Both the position numbers and the translations under genes were made by a program. Below the pieces are notes generated by a model that saw only the letters and a list, made by a program, of their open reading frames with translations, searched no databases and was not told where the DNA came from. From positions 147,070 through 204,821 of the forward strand of contig JBBAPZ010000005.1 of assembly GCA_040400605.1 (NCBI GenBank): a stretch of 57,752 bases of DNA. The letters run 5' to 3'. This document shows positions 30,507-39,417 of this stretch, one piece after another (positions within the stretch are counted from its first letter, which is position 1; every line of letters begins with the position of its first letter). This stretch comes from Candidatus Sericytochromatia bacterium (GTDB taxonomy: Bacteria; Cyanobacteriota; Sericytochromatia; S15B-MN24; JAQBPE01).

Positions 30507-31214
30507 TCAGGATCCTGCACTGACAAACGGTGAACGGACCGGTCCAAAGCGGTTGACCGGCCAAAAACGAAACACGGTCCGACCGATGATGTTGTCAATA
30601 GGCAAAGGACCCCAAACGTGGCCATCTTGGCTATTGTTGCGATTATCGCCCATCACAAATACGCATCCCGCAGGGATCACGCCACCTGCCATACCCAACT
30701 CTTTCCAGTCAGGTTCATAATAGTAGGCTTGTTCAAAGGTGTATGGCTCGTTCAAAGCGACACCATTGATTAGCACTTGTCCCGCCTGAATGGCAATGCG
30801 TTCTCCGGGTAACCCAACCACCCGCTTGATAAACGCGTTGCCATTGCCCCTGGCCCTGGGTGGGGGCATAAAGACCACAACGTCGCCTCTTTCAGGCGCA
30901 TGCAAGCGGTAAGTGATTTTTTCCACGATCAGGCGATCGCCAACCTCCAACGAGGGCAGCATCGACTCGGATGGAATGTAACGCGCTTCAGCGACGGTAT
31001 GGCGCACGAAAAAAGCCAAGGCCAAGGCCACACCAAAGGTTTCCAGATATTCCTGCGCCTTGGACCGCGGCTTGGCGCGCCACGCACGCCAGCGCACCAG
31101 AACGCGTTGTCCGACCCCCAGAGCACCTGACTCCCCCGGGCTTTCAGCCGCATTTGCGCGTTGTGTCGACGGGTCTTGGGGGTCTTGGTGTTCCAAATGC
31201 ATAGACTGCATCAT
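30507..31214 (-). CDS. lepB: Signal peptidase I
   Basis: IPSESMLPSL, FIKRVVGLPG, MGDNRNNSQD. Confidence 0.95.
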   Translation of the reverse strand: MMQSMHLEHQDPQDPSTQRANAAESPGESGALGVGQRVLVRWRAWRAKPRSKAQEYLETFGVALALAFFVRHTVAEARYIPSESMLPSLEVGDRLIVEKITYRLHAPERGDVVVFMPPPRARGNGNAFIKRVVGLPGERIAIQAGQVLINGVALNEPYTFEQAYYYEPDWKELGMAGGVIPAGCVFVMGDNRNNSQDGHVWGPLPIDNIIGRTVFRFWPVNRFGPVRSPFVSAGS

Positions 31215-31257
31215 AAAAGGCGCGCTGAAGTCCGGTCAAGTTCAAGGCCACGATTCT

Positions 31258-31917
31258 TCAGGATTCATGATCCGTTATAGGCCCGCCATCCGTTGTTTCC
31301 TCCCGGTTCAAAGCATGGATGACAACAGGTTCACGTCGCCCCTTTATGGTAACGGGTCCCAAAGACCGTAGCGCGAAATCGTCCGGCAACAGTTGCCGGG
31401 TCATGTCACTCAGCAATACATCGGTGTGAAATGCTTTGTTCATGCTTTCGAGTCGCGCCGCCATATTGACCGCGTCCCCGATCACCGTTCGTTCTTGCCG
31501 TGTCGGTGACCCGATAAGACCAATAATCACACGACCGGAACTGATTCCGATGCGACACTTGAGCGGGATTTTCCCTTCAGTCAACCATTTTTCCTGAAGC
31601 CGACCCAACTCCGCCTGCATCGACACTGCTGCCTGCACTGCACCCAAAGCACCGATTCGCGCCTCTTGCTCCCATACGACCATCATGGCATCGCCGATGT
31701 ACTTGTCGAGCTCGCCACCGTAGTGACGCACCACCTTGGACATCGCAGTAAAATACTCGTTGAGGAGGGCCACGACGGCCCGTGGCGGCAGCCGTTCCGC
31801 CAAGGCCGTGAACCCCTCGATGTCGGCAAATAAAATGGTGACATCGCGATACTCACCCTCGTCGGATTGCTTGGGTGACCCCTGCGCCGATGACCGTCGC
31901 TGCTTGAACGTAAGAAT
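31258..31917 (-). CDS. Stand-alone class III adenylate cyclase catalytic domain; start inferred at non-canonical ATT
   Basis: VTILFADIEGFT lies in frame upstream of the track's TTG 31803; DKYIGD, GISSG, TVIGDAVNMAARLE, KGR. Confidence 0.85.
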   Translation of the reverse strand: MLTFKQRRSSAQGSPKQSDEGEYRDVTILFADIEGFTALAERLPPRAVVALLNEYFTAMSKVVRHYGGELDKYIGDAMMVVWEQEARIGALGAVQAAVSMQAELGRLQEKWLTEGKIPLKCRIGISSGRVIIGLIGSPTRQERTVIGDAVNMAARLESMNKAFHTDVLLSDMTRQLLPDDFALRSLGPVTIKGRREPVVIHALNREETTDGGPITDHES

Positions 31918-31943
31918 CCCCCCTCTCTCAGCGCCGCAGCAAC

Positions 31944-33518
31944 TCAGAAACCGGTGCCGAGAGTGAGAGAGCCTGCGAGCGCTCGCGCCTGGTTGGGCAG
32001 GTTGTCCATCCCGAGCCCAAAGTTAAGCTGAAAGTCCCGGGTCTGCAACCCCAAACCTGCTGTATACAAAGGTTGTGCACCTTGCTGCGTGCCCAAACGA
32101 AAGGCCAGGGGGCCCACCTGTTTTTCAAGTCCGAGATTCACACTCAACGGAAAATCCGCGAAGGCTTTCTCGAACGAGCCTTGAACGATCAGGCCTGACT
32201 CACGAGGCGTCCAGGCCAGTCCTGTGCGAAGGACGGTTGGCTCGACTTCGGCAAATGATGTTCGGATAGGCGCGGTGCTCGTCAGTCGAACTCCCGAGGC
32301 GTTAACGCTGTAGGTATGAGTGGTTCGCGTGGCACCCCACAACAATACGGGGTTCACCAGGGTCAGTCCGACGCTCAATTCCCGATTCACCCGGAACGCG
32401 GCACCCAAATCTAACCCAACCCCGTTGTTGTCTGGAATCAGATTGGTCATTTCGATGCGGGATTTGGCCAGGCCGGCATCCAAAAAATTGGCTGTTTTGG
32501 CGGCGAGTTGCGCGATCGTTGCCAGATTTTGCTCCTTGTCGAAATCACCGATGGCCTCGACAAGGTCTGACACTTCGCGGTCGATGTCAAGTGCCAGTCG
32601 CGTTGTGACGCCCCCGCCAAACGGTGACAATCTGGCATTCGGCGAGCCGCCCGGCAAGGCGATCGCACCGGCCGAAGCCAGTTGAGCAGCCGGTGTCATA
32701 AACAGCTTGGTGGTGACGCCGAGGTTTAACTCTGCCTCCGGCAAGGCTTTGATTGCGATCGGCACGGTTTGAGCGTAGGTTGCGGCAAGCGCTGTGTGTG
32801 CCGTGCTCACCGCATTGACCTTCAGCTCTTTTCTGGTGGTGGCAGCCCCCGCGGGCTTGATGAAACTGCTCATGTTCTTGGTGAGCAAAGCTTGCAAATT
32901 GCCGACATCGGAGCGAGCCTGATTCAAACTCTCATTATTCGTCGGGTTTAAATTGCCCACCGCACGCGATAAATTGCCAACCGCCCCGACGATGTCATTC
33001 AATCCCTTGTTTTTGTTCCCAAACAGGTCCTCCAGGTTATTGGTGAAATCCCGGCTCAGACTGACCGTGCCACGCACGACGCCTCTGCCATACGCCCTGA
33101 TGGCGAGCGCCCCGGGACCCACTTGCCCCAAGGAAACGCCAAGGGGCTCAAACATTCCCTCGGCAGCGACGGTCAAACCGTCACTGCCCGCGTTTCGCAG
33201 CACCTCTATTAACGCTGCGCTTGCAAAGCCCTCCTCATCCGACGGTGTCGCTTGCTGGAGCAAAGACGCCAACGCTGTGGGAGAAACGATGTTGTTGCCA
33301 GCATAAAAAGCTAGACTCGGCAGAAAGACGCCACTGGATTTACCCATCGCCACGGCCGCGGGATTCCAGAATGCGAGGGAAGCGTTTTCCGCCAGGCCGA
33401 CCGAGCTGTTTCCCATACCCAAGGTGCGTGCATCATAGACCGGTGCAGCCAGCGCGTCCTGTGCAAATAACACCACGCCAGCCCAAAGTGTCGCACCCCA
33501 AAAACCTGTTTTTTTCAC
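31944..33518 (-). CDS. Outer-membrane beta-barrel, TraF_2/FadL/PorV-like
   Basis: Signal peptide; DARTLGMG..AFWNPAA; amphipathic C-terminal strands ending in Phe. Confidence 0.7.
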   Translation of the reverse strand: MKKTGFWGATLWAGVVLFAQDALAAPVYDARTLGMGNSSVGLAENASLAFWNPAAVAMGKSSGVFLPSLAFYAGNNIVSPTALASLLQQATPSDEEGFASAALIEVLRNAGSDGLTVAAEGMFEPLGVSLGQVGPGALAIRAYGRGVVRGTVSLSRDFTNNLEDLFGNKNKGLNDIVGAVGNLSRAVGNLNPTNNESLNQARSDVGNLQALLTKNMSSFIKPAGAATTRKELKVNAVSTAHTALAATYAQTVPIAIKALPEAELNLGVTTKLFMTPAAQLASAGAIALPGGSPNARLSPFGGGVTTRLALDIDREVSDLVEAIGDFDKEQNLATIAQLAAKTANFLDAGLAKSRIEMTNLIPDNNGVGLDLGAAFRVNRELSVGLTLVNPVLLWGATRTTHTYSVNASGVRLTSTAPIRTSFAEVEPTVLRTGLAWTPRESGLIVQGSFEKAFADFPLSVNLGLEKQVGPLAFRLGTQQGAQPLYTAGLGLQTRDFQLNFGLGMDNLPNQARALAGSLTLGTGF

Positions 33519-33584
33519 CGCAATCTGTCCTTCCGTACGGAAACGAAGCATTGTCTTTATCTGCGTCAAAGTCTGTCTGGTGGC

Positions 33585-34394
33585 TTACTGCGATGCCGCT
33601 TGCTGTGTCACCTCGCTGAATCCTGGGCGGTCTTGATCAAATGAGATCGCCTGGGTCTTGTTCTTGAAGGTCAAGGTACCGTTCGCGGTCAAGCGCCCCT
33701 TGTCGTTCGTGCGCACCGTTGCGTTGACTGCAGCACTGTTGGGGCCATCTTTTCCGGCAAAATCAAAGGATCCCAATTCCTGGTCGGCGAGCAGCGGAAA
33801 GGTTGCTTCCAGCGCCATCTTCTTCAAATTCAGGTCCAAATCCTTGAAGCTTAACCGACCACTGAGCTGTATCCCGAAGTCGCCCGGTTGCCCCTCCAGT
33901 TCGTCATTAACATTGAGTCGCAGTACGGCTGGTTTAAATGTCACACTGCCCTGCGCGGAAATCTTATAGCCCTGGGTAACGCCTTCATATTGCTCCAGAG
34001 TACCCGTCACGCGACCCGATGATCGGTCGAATTCACTTTTGTAGCGCAGTTGAATGTCGACATTGTTACGCTTGACCTTGGTTTCGCTGATGTTGGTCTC
34101 TGTTTGCTTCAACGTGAAACGCGGTGCGTTAAAGTTTGCACCGCCTTGTGCCAGGAAGCTGCCCCCATCGGTTTTCGTGATGAGTTCGTTGGTGAGTGTT
34201 TTGGCGACTTCGAGTGCTCCCAAGGTCGCCGCCAGTGCTGCTGCGGGTGCTGCCGTGCTGCCAACTGCGGCTGTGACTTTCCGCGTTTCGATGATCGACC
34301 TGTTGACGGAATCGAATTGCTCCGCGTTGCAAGCTGTCCCAGCGGCCAAAGCAATTGTCACGCCGAACCACCGGGTACCCACTGAACAACGCAT
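33585..34394 (-). CDS. Beta-rich hypothetical lipoprotein
   Basis: ATG 34394 with GAAGGGAG RBS; signal peptide ending GTAC. Confidence 0.7.
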   Translation of the reverse strand: MRCSVGTRWFGVTIALAAGTACNAEQFDSVNRSIIETRKVTAAVGSTAAPAAALAATLGALEVAKTLTNELITKTDGGSFLAQGGANFNAPRFTLKQTETNISETKVKRNNVDIQLRYKSEFDRSSGRVTGTLEQYEGVTQGYKISAQGSVTFKPAVLRLNVNDELEGQPGDFGIQLSGRLSFKDLDLNLKKMALEATFPLLADQELGSFDFAGKDGPNSAAVNATVRTNDKGRLTANGTLTFKNKTQAISFDQDRPGFSEVTQQAASQ

Positions 34395-34702
34395 GGATTC
34401 GCTCCCTTCAGAGCCCTTCCGCGGTTTCCGGATAGGGCCGTCTCGTTTACACGCTACGATGGCTTTTATTCCCGCGAGGAATGTTCGTTTAACCAACGAC
34501 ACAATTTCAAACACATGGCCTGATACAATTATTGCATCGTGAATCGCATCAATCGGTCTGTCGACCGCCCCTGTCGACCGCCCAGCCTGGGCTACTGTCA
34601 CAGTTTGCCATGAACTATCCGCCACACGCTAAAGGGAGCACACGACTCTCATCGCTCATTCACCAGTAAAAATCCTGGGACGCTTAAGCGGGTTGTCTGG
34701 CC

Positions 34703-35764
34703 TTACACCATCACATCCGCGGTCGCCGTGGTTAACAGGCAACCGGTCCACGAACGGTCGGCATCGTGCTGCCGCACCTGGCCCGCCATCCACTGCTCGC
34801 ACGCGTGTTCCAGCGTATTGGCCTGCAAGCGTGGGGTTACCAGCGTGGTCAAGACATCGCCCAACCATCGCAGGCCGGTTGCCACAACGGAATAATGCCC
34901 GACTGACCAATCAAATCCTGCAAGCAGCCGAAACGGCCAGCCGGTCGGCACACGATCAGGTACCGCTGCCAACTTCGTGATCGCACCATCACGCCCCACA
35001 CCCCAACACGCTTCCCCTGCCAGATCACCCGGACAAACCGATGAGCGAAACCAACGCTCATCCTGCCCCCCGCCACAAGGCAATCCAACTTCGTCATGAA
35101 GTTCCCACACCACCTTGGCACAGGACCCGGCTGTACGACACGTCGCCAAAGGAGCAATCAGACGGTACGCATAGGCCAGTTTTGAGGCTGTTACCGTCAA
35201 CAAACGCGCGTGATCATCAACGGACAGAACCCGACCGGCGCGCATCACACAGGCCGTCCGTGACTGAATCCGTCGCAAGGCCCGCGCGCACGCAACCTCC
35301 ACAGTCGCAACACTGGTGCCTTCGGGCCAATACGGATCCAGCAGCAAACCACCCGGTAATACAAGCGAAATGTGCAAACACGCGCCATAAGTGGCACGCA
35401 GGTGACGCCAAGGTTGTACCTCCTTGTCACACAACCAGACAATCCGATCACCCGGCTGCAACAAACCGGACAACGCCCGACACCGCGCATCAAAGTCAGC
35501 ATCGCGCTCACGCGCATCCATCACTTCCAGTTGTGGACACCCCCCATCGAGCACGGACGCACGCACCGCCTGCGCAGCCGTCTTCAACGAAACGGCTCTC
35601 AACAACGCCATAGACTCTGCATCCACAGCGCCCGGCGCTGCAGCCACTGCATACGCTTCAAGCCACTCAGGCAGGGAGAGGGGCCGCGCACCCGAGCCAA
35701 TCAAACGCCCCACCGCTTGATGATTGTTCAAAACAGACACCACCATCTCGACCCCACGAAACAA
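34703..35764 (-). CDS. Permuted papain-like NlpC/P60 (YiiX/YebB-type) protein
   Basis: LQPGD, then HISLV, Y, SCAKVVW and PGDL: His precedes Cys as in permuted NlpC/P60. Confidence 0.55.
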   Translation of the reverse strand: MFRGVEMVVSVLNNHQAVGRLIGSGARPLSLPEWLEAYAVAAAPGAVDAESMALLRAVSLKTAAQAVRASVLDGGCPQLEVMDARERDADFDARCRALSGLLQPGDRIVWLCDKEVQPWRHLRATYGACLHISLVLPGGLLLDPYWPEGTSVATVEVACARALRRIQSRTACVMRAGRVLSVDDHARLLTVTASKLAYAYRLIAPLATCRTAGSCAKVVWELHDEVGLPCGGGQDERWFRSSVCPGDLAGEACWGVGRDGAITKLAAVPDRVPTGWPFRLLAGFDWSVGHYSVVATGLRWLGDVLTTLVTPRLQANTLEHACEQWMAGQVRQHDADRSWTGCLLTTATADVMV

Positions 35765-35895
35765 CTTAGTTCAATATGTGTCAGTTTTATCAAAAAATAC
35801 TTTAAATTTTATTTAAATATTGTATAATCAAACCACAACCTTTCAAGGTTGTTTTGTTAGTCCGACGTGTGCATCCAAAATTTTTGGAGGAATCA

Positions 35896-37170
35896 ATGAC
35901 GCAGAAACGACGCGGTATCGTATGGGGAATGGCGCTCGTGTCGCTTGCGACGTGGGGTTGCGGTCAATCGGGCAATCCGTCCTCGATGATGGCTGTGCGT
36001 GCGGAGTCGGCGGGTCCGGTGAGTCAGGCGACGTTGGCGCGCCGTGTGGTGGTGGGTTTTGCTCAGATGCCAGGTGAGGCTGAATTGGTGCAGTTGACTG
36101 CTCGGCATGGCCTGAAATTGGTTCGAACGTTCAAACCACTGCGAATGGCGGTTTTTGAGCTGACAGCTCCGGGTACGGCGACTCGGAAGGACTTGTTGGC
36201 GGCTCCGGGCGTGCAGTTTGTGGAGTCGGAGTTGTTGCCGCCTTTGGAGCGTATCAAGGGCGTGAGTGTGCCGCAGCCGATGCGTCAGAACGCGGGCAAG
36301 GCGGATCCCTTGTTTGCGAAGCAGTGGTACATCCCCTTGATGGGCATCGACAAGGTGTGGGGCGCCAAGGCGCAACCGAAGCCTGTGACGGTCGCCGTGG
36401 TGGATACCGGCGTCGATTTGCGCCATCCTGACCTCAAAGATGCGTTGGTGCCCGGTTACAACGCTGAGAAGCCCGGTTTGCCGCCACAGGATACGTATGG
36501 CCACGGGACGATGACTGCTGGCTTGGTGGGTGCTGTCGCCAACAATGGTCTTGGTATCGCGGGTGTTGCACCGAACGCGCGGATTATGCCGGTGAAGGTT
36601 GGTAATTCGGCGAGCAGCGTGGTTGATGCGATGATATGGGCGGCTGACAATGCCGATATGATCACCATGAGCCTCAGCTTTAAACCCAATATGAGCGAGT
36701 ACCCCACGGCAGTGGAGACGACCAAGCGCGCGGCTGCTTATGTCATGGGCAAAAATGTGCCGATGGTGTGTTCGATGGGCAATACCGGTACGTCGTCCAA
36801 AAACGTGCCGTCCTACTTTGCCGGGAACGAGATTCCGGGGTTGATTGCCGTTGGTGCAACGGATCAGAACGACCAGGTCACGTCTTTCTCCACCTTCGGT
36901 AACTGGACGTCGGTTAGCGCGCCAGGTAAAGATGTTTTGACGACGGATATCAACGGGGGGTACAAATCGGTTGATGGGACGTCTTTCAGTACCCCCATCA
37001 CGGCGGGCGTTGTCGCCTTGATGCTCGGCCACGGCCATCCGAAGGATCCTGCGGCCATCAAGCGCCGCTTGATGGCGACCGCGCTGGATATCGGTCCTGC
37101 TGGCTATGATGACAAAGCCGGCGCTGGGCGGGTGCAAGCGGCGAACGCCATCTTGTCAGGCAAGTTCTGA
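35896..37170 (+). CDS. S8 subtilisin-like serine protease, lipoprotein with prodomain
   Basis: Lipobox TWGC; VAVVDTG, GHGT, GTSFSTP catalytic triad; GGAGG RBS. Confidence 0.93.
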   Translation: MTQKRRGIVWGMALVSLATWGCGQSGNPSSMMAVRAESAGPVSQATLARRVVVGFAQMPGEAELVQLTARHGLKLVRTFKPLRMAVFELTAPGTATRKDLLAAPGVQFVESELLPPLERIKGVSVPQPMRQNAGKADPLFAKQWYIPLMGIDKVWGAKAQPKPVTVAVVDTGVDLRHPDLKDALVPGYNAEKPGLPPQDTYGHGTMTAGLVGAVANNGLGIAGVAPNARIMPVKVGNSASSVVDAMIWAADNADMITMSLSFKPNMSEYPTAVETTKRAAAYVMGKNVPMVCSMGNTGTSSKNVPSYFAGNEIPGLIAVGATDQNDQVTSFSTFGNWTSVSAPGKDVLTTDINGGYKSVDGTSFSTPITAGVVALMLGHGHPKDPAAIKRRLMATALDIGPAGYDDKAGAGRVQAANAILSGKF

Positions 37171-37185
37171 ACCGGCATCAAGGCG

Positions 37186-37221
37186 TCAGGCGGGGTAGCC
37201 GAACACGGTTACCCCGCCTGA
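37186..37221 (+). terminator. Long hairpin between convergent genes
   Basis: TCAGGCGGGGTAGCCG / CGGTTACCCCGCCTGA. Confidence 0.7.
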
Positions 37222-37380
37222 AACCATTTGGCCATCCTCATCAAGAGGATGCGACCAATCTCTCCCCGGCTCATCCCTGAGCACAGTGTTTGAACCAGCG
37301 ATGACGATCGGACCAAGGACTGTGTTGCCTCTGTTTTTGGCTTTAGCTATCGCTTATCACTCGGCATACGGTGGGTCTGG

Positions 37381-39207
37381 TCATAACTTGGCCGGCTGGT
37401 TGGTGTCGGGCACGGTGGGGGCAGTGAATGGTGGTTGTGCGGCGCCTGGCTGTTGAGGTTTTGATGCTTGTGCGTGCTGGAACCATTCTGTCAGCCCGTC
37501 TGCGATCGCCTCAGCGAGCTGCCGCTGCGAAGCAGGGTCCACAGTCCATTCGAATTCCTCCGGATTGATGAGGAACCCAAGTTCCAACAACACAGATGGC
37601 GCGACACTGGGGCGCGTCATCGCAAGGTTGTCCCAAAAGAGACCATAAGACGACCGGTTCAGACGCCTGGTCAGAAATTCCTTGAGGTGCCTGGCGAGAT
37701 CGTGCGCTTGCGGCTGATACCAAAAAGCCCCGACACCCCGCGTGTTTTCCGCATCGCCTGCATCAGGCAAGGCGTTGTAGTGAAGGCTGAGCGCAATGGT
37801 GGGACGCCAGGCCTCGATTTTTGCCACACGTTCCTTCAGGTCGCAAAACACGTCCGTGTCGCGTATCAACTTGACCTCCGCACCGCGCGCCACAAGTTGA
37901 TCCCGCACCAGCAAGGCAACGGTTAACGCCAGGTCTTTTTCTGGCATACCGGTTGGCCCGCGGGTACCCAAATCTTCTTTCCCGCCGTGTCCCGGGTCAA
38001 GGGCAATTCGAACGCCCGCAAGCGAGCGATCGCCACCCGTGATGACCGGTGGGTGCCGCAACTCCACGACGAGGTTACTGCCCCGATAACGCAACTGATA
38101 ACCCCACTGATGCGCGCCGTTGGTGTGCAAGATGTACTTGAGTTCATCCGGTGACACTTGCTGCCAATCAACCCGGCGCAGGATGGGGTCCGAATCCGCC
38201 CTGAACAAATCGGTCTGCGCCTGCGTATGGTACACACTCAGTTCCACGCGATCATCGTACTGCACCACGCGCACAGGCACCGGAACCTCCAATGGAATCA
38301 CACACTCGGTGCGACCTTCCAAGGTGCGTGTCATCAGCGATCGCACCACCGACCGCGGCGGCACGGTCCCCCCCAACACCCGCAACTCCTGCTCCGATAC
38401 CCATCCCCCATAACGCAAACGATAGTATCCACCCTCCCGGCCCGTCACTTGCGATCGCACCCCGCGTGGCAACGGCGTCAGACGCGCAAAATCCGTCCCC
38501 GGTCCCGTCCGCGCCACCGCGGCATCAACCGCGACCTCAACCACGGGCAACGCCGCATCCGCCCATACAGCCAAACGCGCCTCAATATCGAGGCGCCGCG
38601 CCACACCTTCCCGCCGCACCCAAAACCCAAGCGGCTCCTCTGGATGCGGTGTCAAACCCGTCAACATCCCCTCGTAACGGACCAGCGATCGCCCCTGCAA
38701 CGCCTGAACACCATTCAACAAACCTGCCTGATTACCAGGCAACTCCACGGCGTTCGTGCGCTGCAAGCGCGCGCGATAACCCGCCCACTCAACCCAAACC
38801 TCCGCATCTTTTTCCGCCTCCACAGCCACAGGAATCGACTCCTGGGACATCACCGCAGTCGGAAAACCCGCACGGCCCATCCCCAGCCACGCCCGCGGAT
38901 TATCCCCTACCCCGGCGTCGCGATAAACCACAAAACGCCTGACCTCAGCGCCACACTTCAACTCCAGCCGATTCAAACCTGGCCGCAAATCCACCGACGG
39001 CGCGAAATGACCCGCCAAACTCCGATGCACCACCCGATCATTCAAGGTCACGACCACATCAACCGGCGCAGTTCCCACCACAAATATCCGCGCTGCCGAC
39101 GTCCGGTGCCCATCCGACGGATACGTCACATGCAACGCTTGTGCCGCCAGTACCTCCGGCGCCCACACACCTGCAAACAAAGCCACAAGCAACCACGACG
39201 CACGCAC
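37381..39207 (-). CDS. N-acetylmuramoyl-L-alanine amidase (Amidase_3), cyanobacterial-type architecture
   Basis: Signal peptide; SH3-like ARTGPG; LDPGHGG, EKD, SLHYN, LLELGF. Confidence 0.9.
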   Translation of the reverse strand: MRASWLLVALFAGVWAPEVLAAQALHVTYPSDGHRTSAARIFVVGTAPVDVVVTLNDRVVHRSLAGHFAPSVDLRPGLNRLELKCGAEVRRFVVYRDAGVGDNPRAWLGMGRAGFPTAVMSQESIPVAVEAEKDAEVWVEWAGYRARLQRTNAVELPGNQAGLLNGVQALQGRSLVRYEGMLTGLTPHPEEPLGFWVRREGVARRLDIEARLAVWADAALPVVEVAVDAAVARTGPGTDFARLTPLPRGVRSQVTGREGGYYRLRYGGWVSEQELRVLGGTVPPRSVVRSLMTRTLEGRTECVIPLEVPVPVRVVQYDDRVELSVYHTQAQTDLFRADSDPILRRVDWQQVSPDELKYILHTNGAHQWGYQLRYRGSNLVVELRHPPVITGGDRSLAGVRIALDPGHGGKEDLGTRGPTGMPEKDLALTVALLVRDQLVARGAEVKLIRDTDVFCDLKERVAKIEAWRPTIALSLHYNALPDAGDAENTRGVGAFWYQPQAHDLARHLKEFLTRRLNRSSYGLFWDNLAMTRPSVAPSVLLELGFLINPEEFEWTVDPASQRQLAEAIADGLTEWFQHAQASKPQQPGAAQPPFTAPTVPDTNQPAKL

Positions 39208-39306
39208 CCACGCACCCTCCCTCTCTCTGCCAAACGATCGCAGGTTTTGAACACGACGTCAAACACCCCCAAAAACGCCGGCATCCACCTTTTTCATGAA
39301 ACCCAC

Positions 39307-39339
39307 TTGCAAATTTAGACTCATTTGATATTATTCAAA
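39307..39339 (+). promoter_or_regulatory. Sigma70-like promoter of the clp gene with a palindrome over the -10
   Basis: TTGCAA-N16-TATTAT; TTTGA-TATTAT-TCAAA at 39324-39339. Confidence 0.5.
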
Positions 39340-39417
39340 CACACTCAAGTTAAATGATTCGAGCGGAGCCTTTTGGTTGGGTTGACGCGTGGGTGTAGAA
39401 GGCCTGGAGGTAGAAGC

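Noticed and set aside
31944..33518. Conjugative element suggested by the TraF-like gene
   Set aside because: No other tra or T4SS genes; this barrel family also occurs in chromosomal contexts
35893..37137. Long antisense ORFs (also 396-1325, 11100-12503, 26539-27564, 38158-39318, 39529-40392)
   Set aside because: Shadow frames of well-supported genes, caused by GC-rich codon bias
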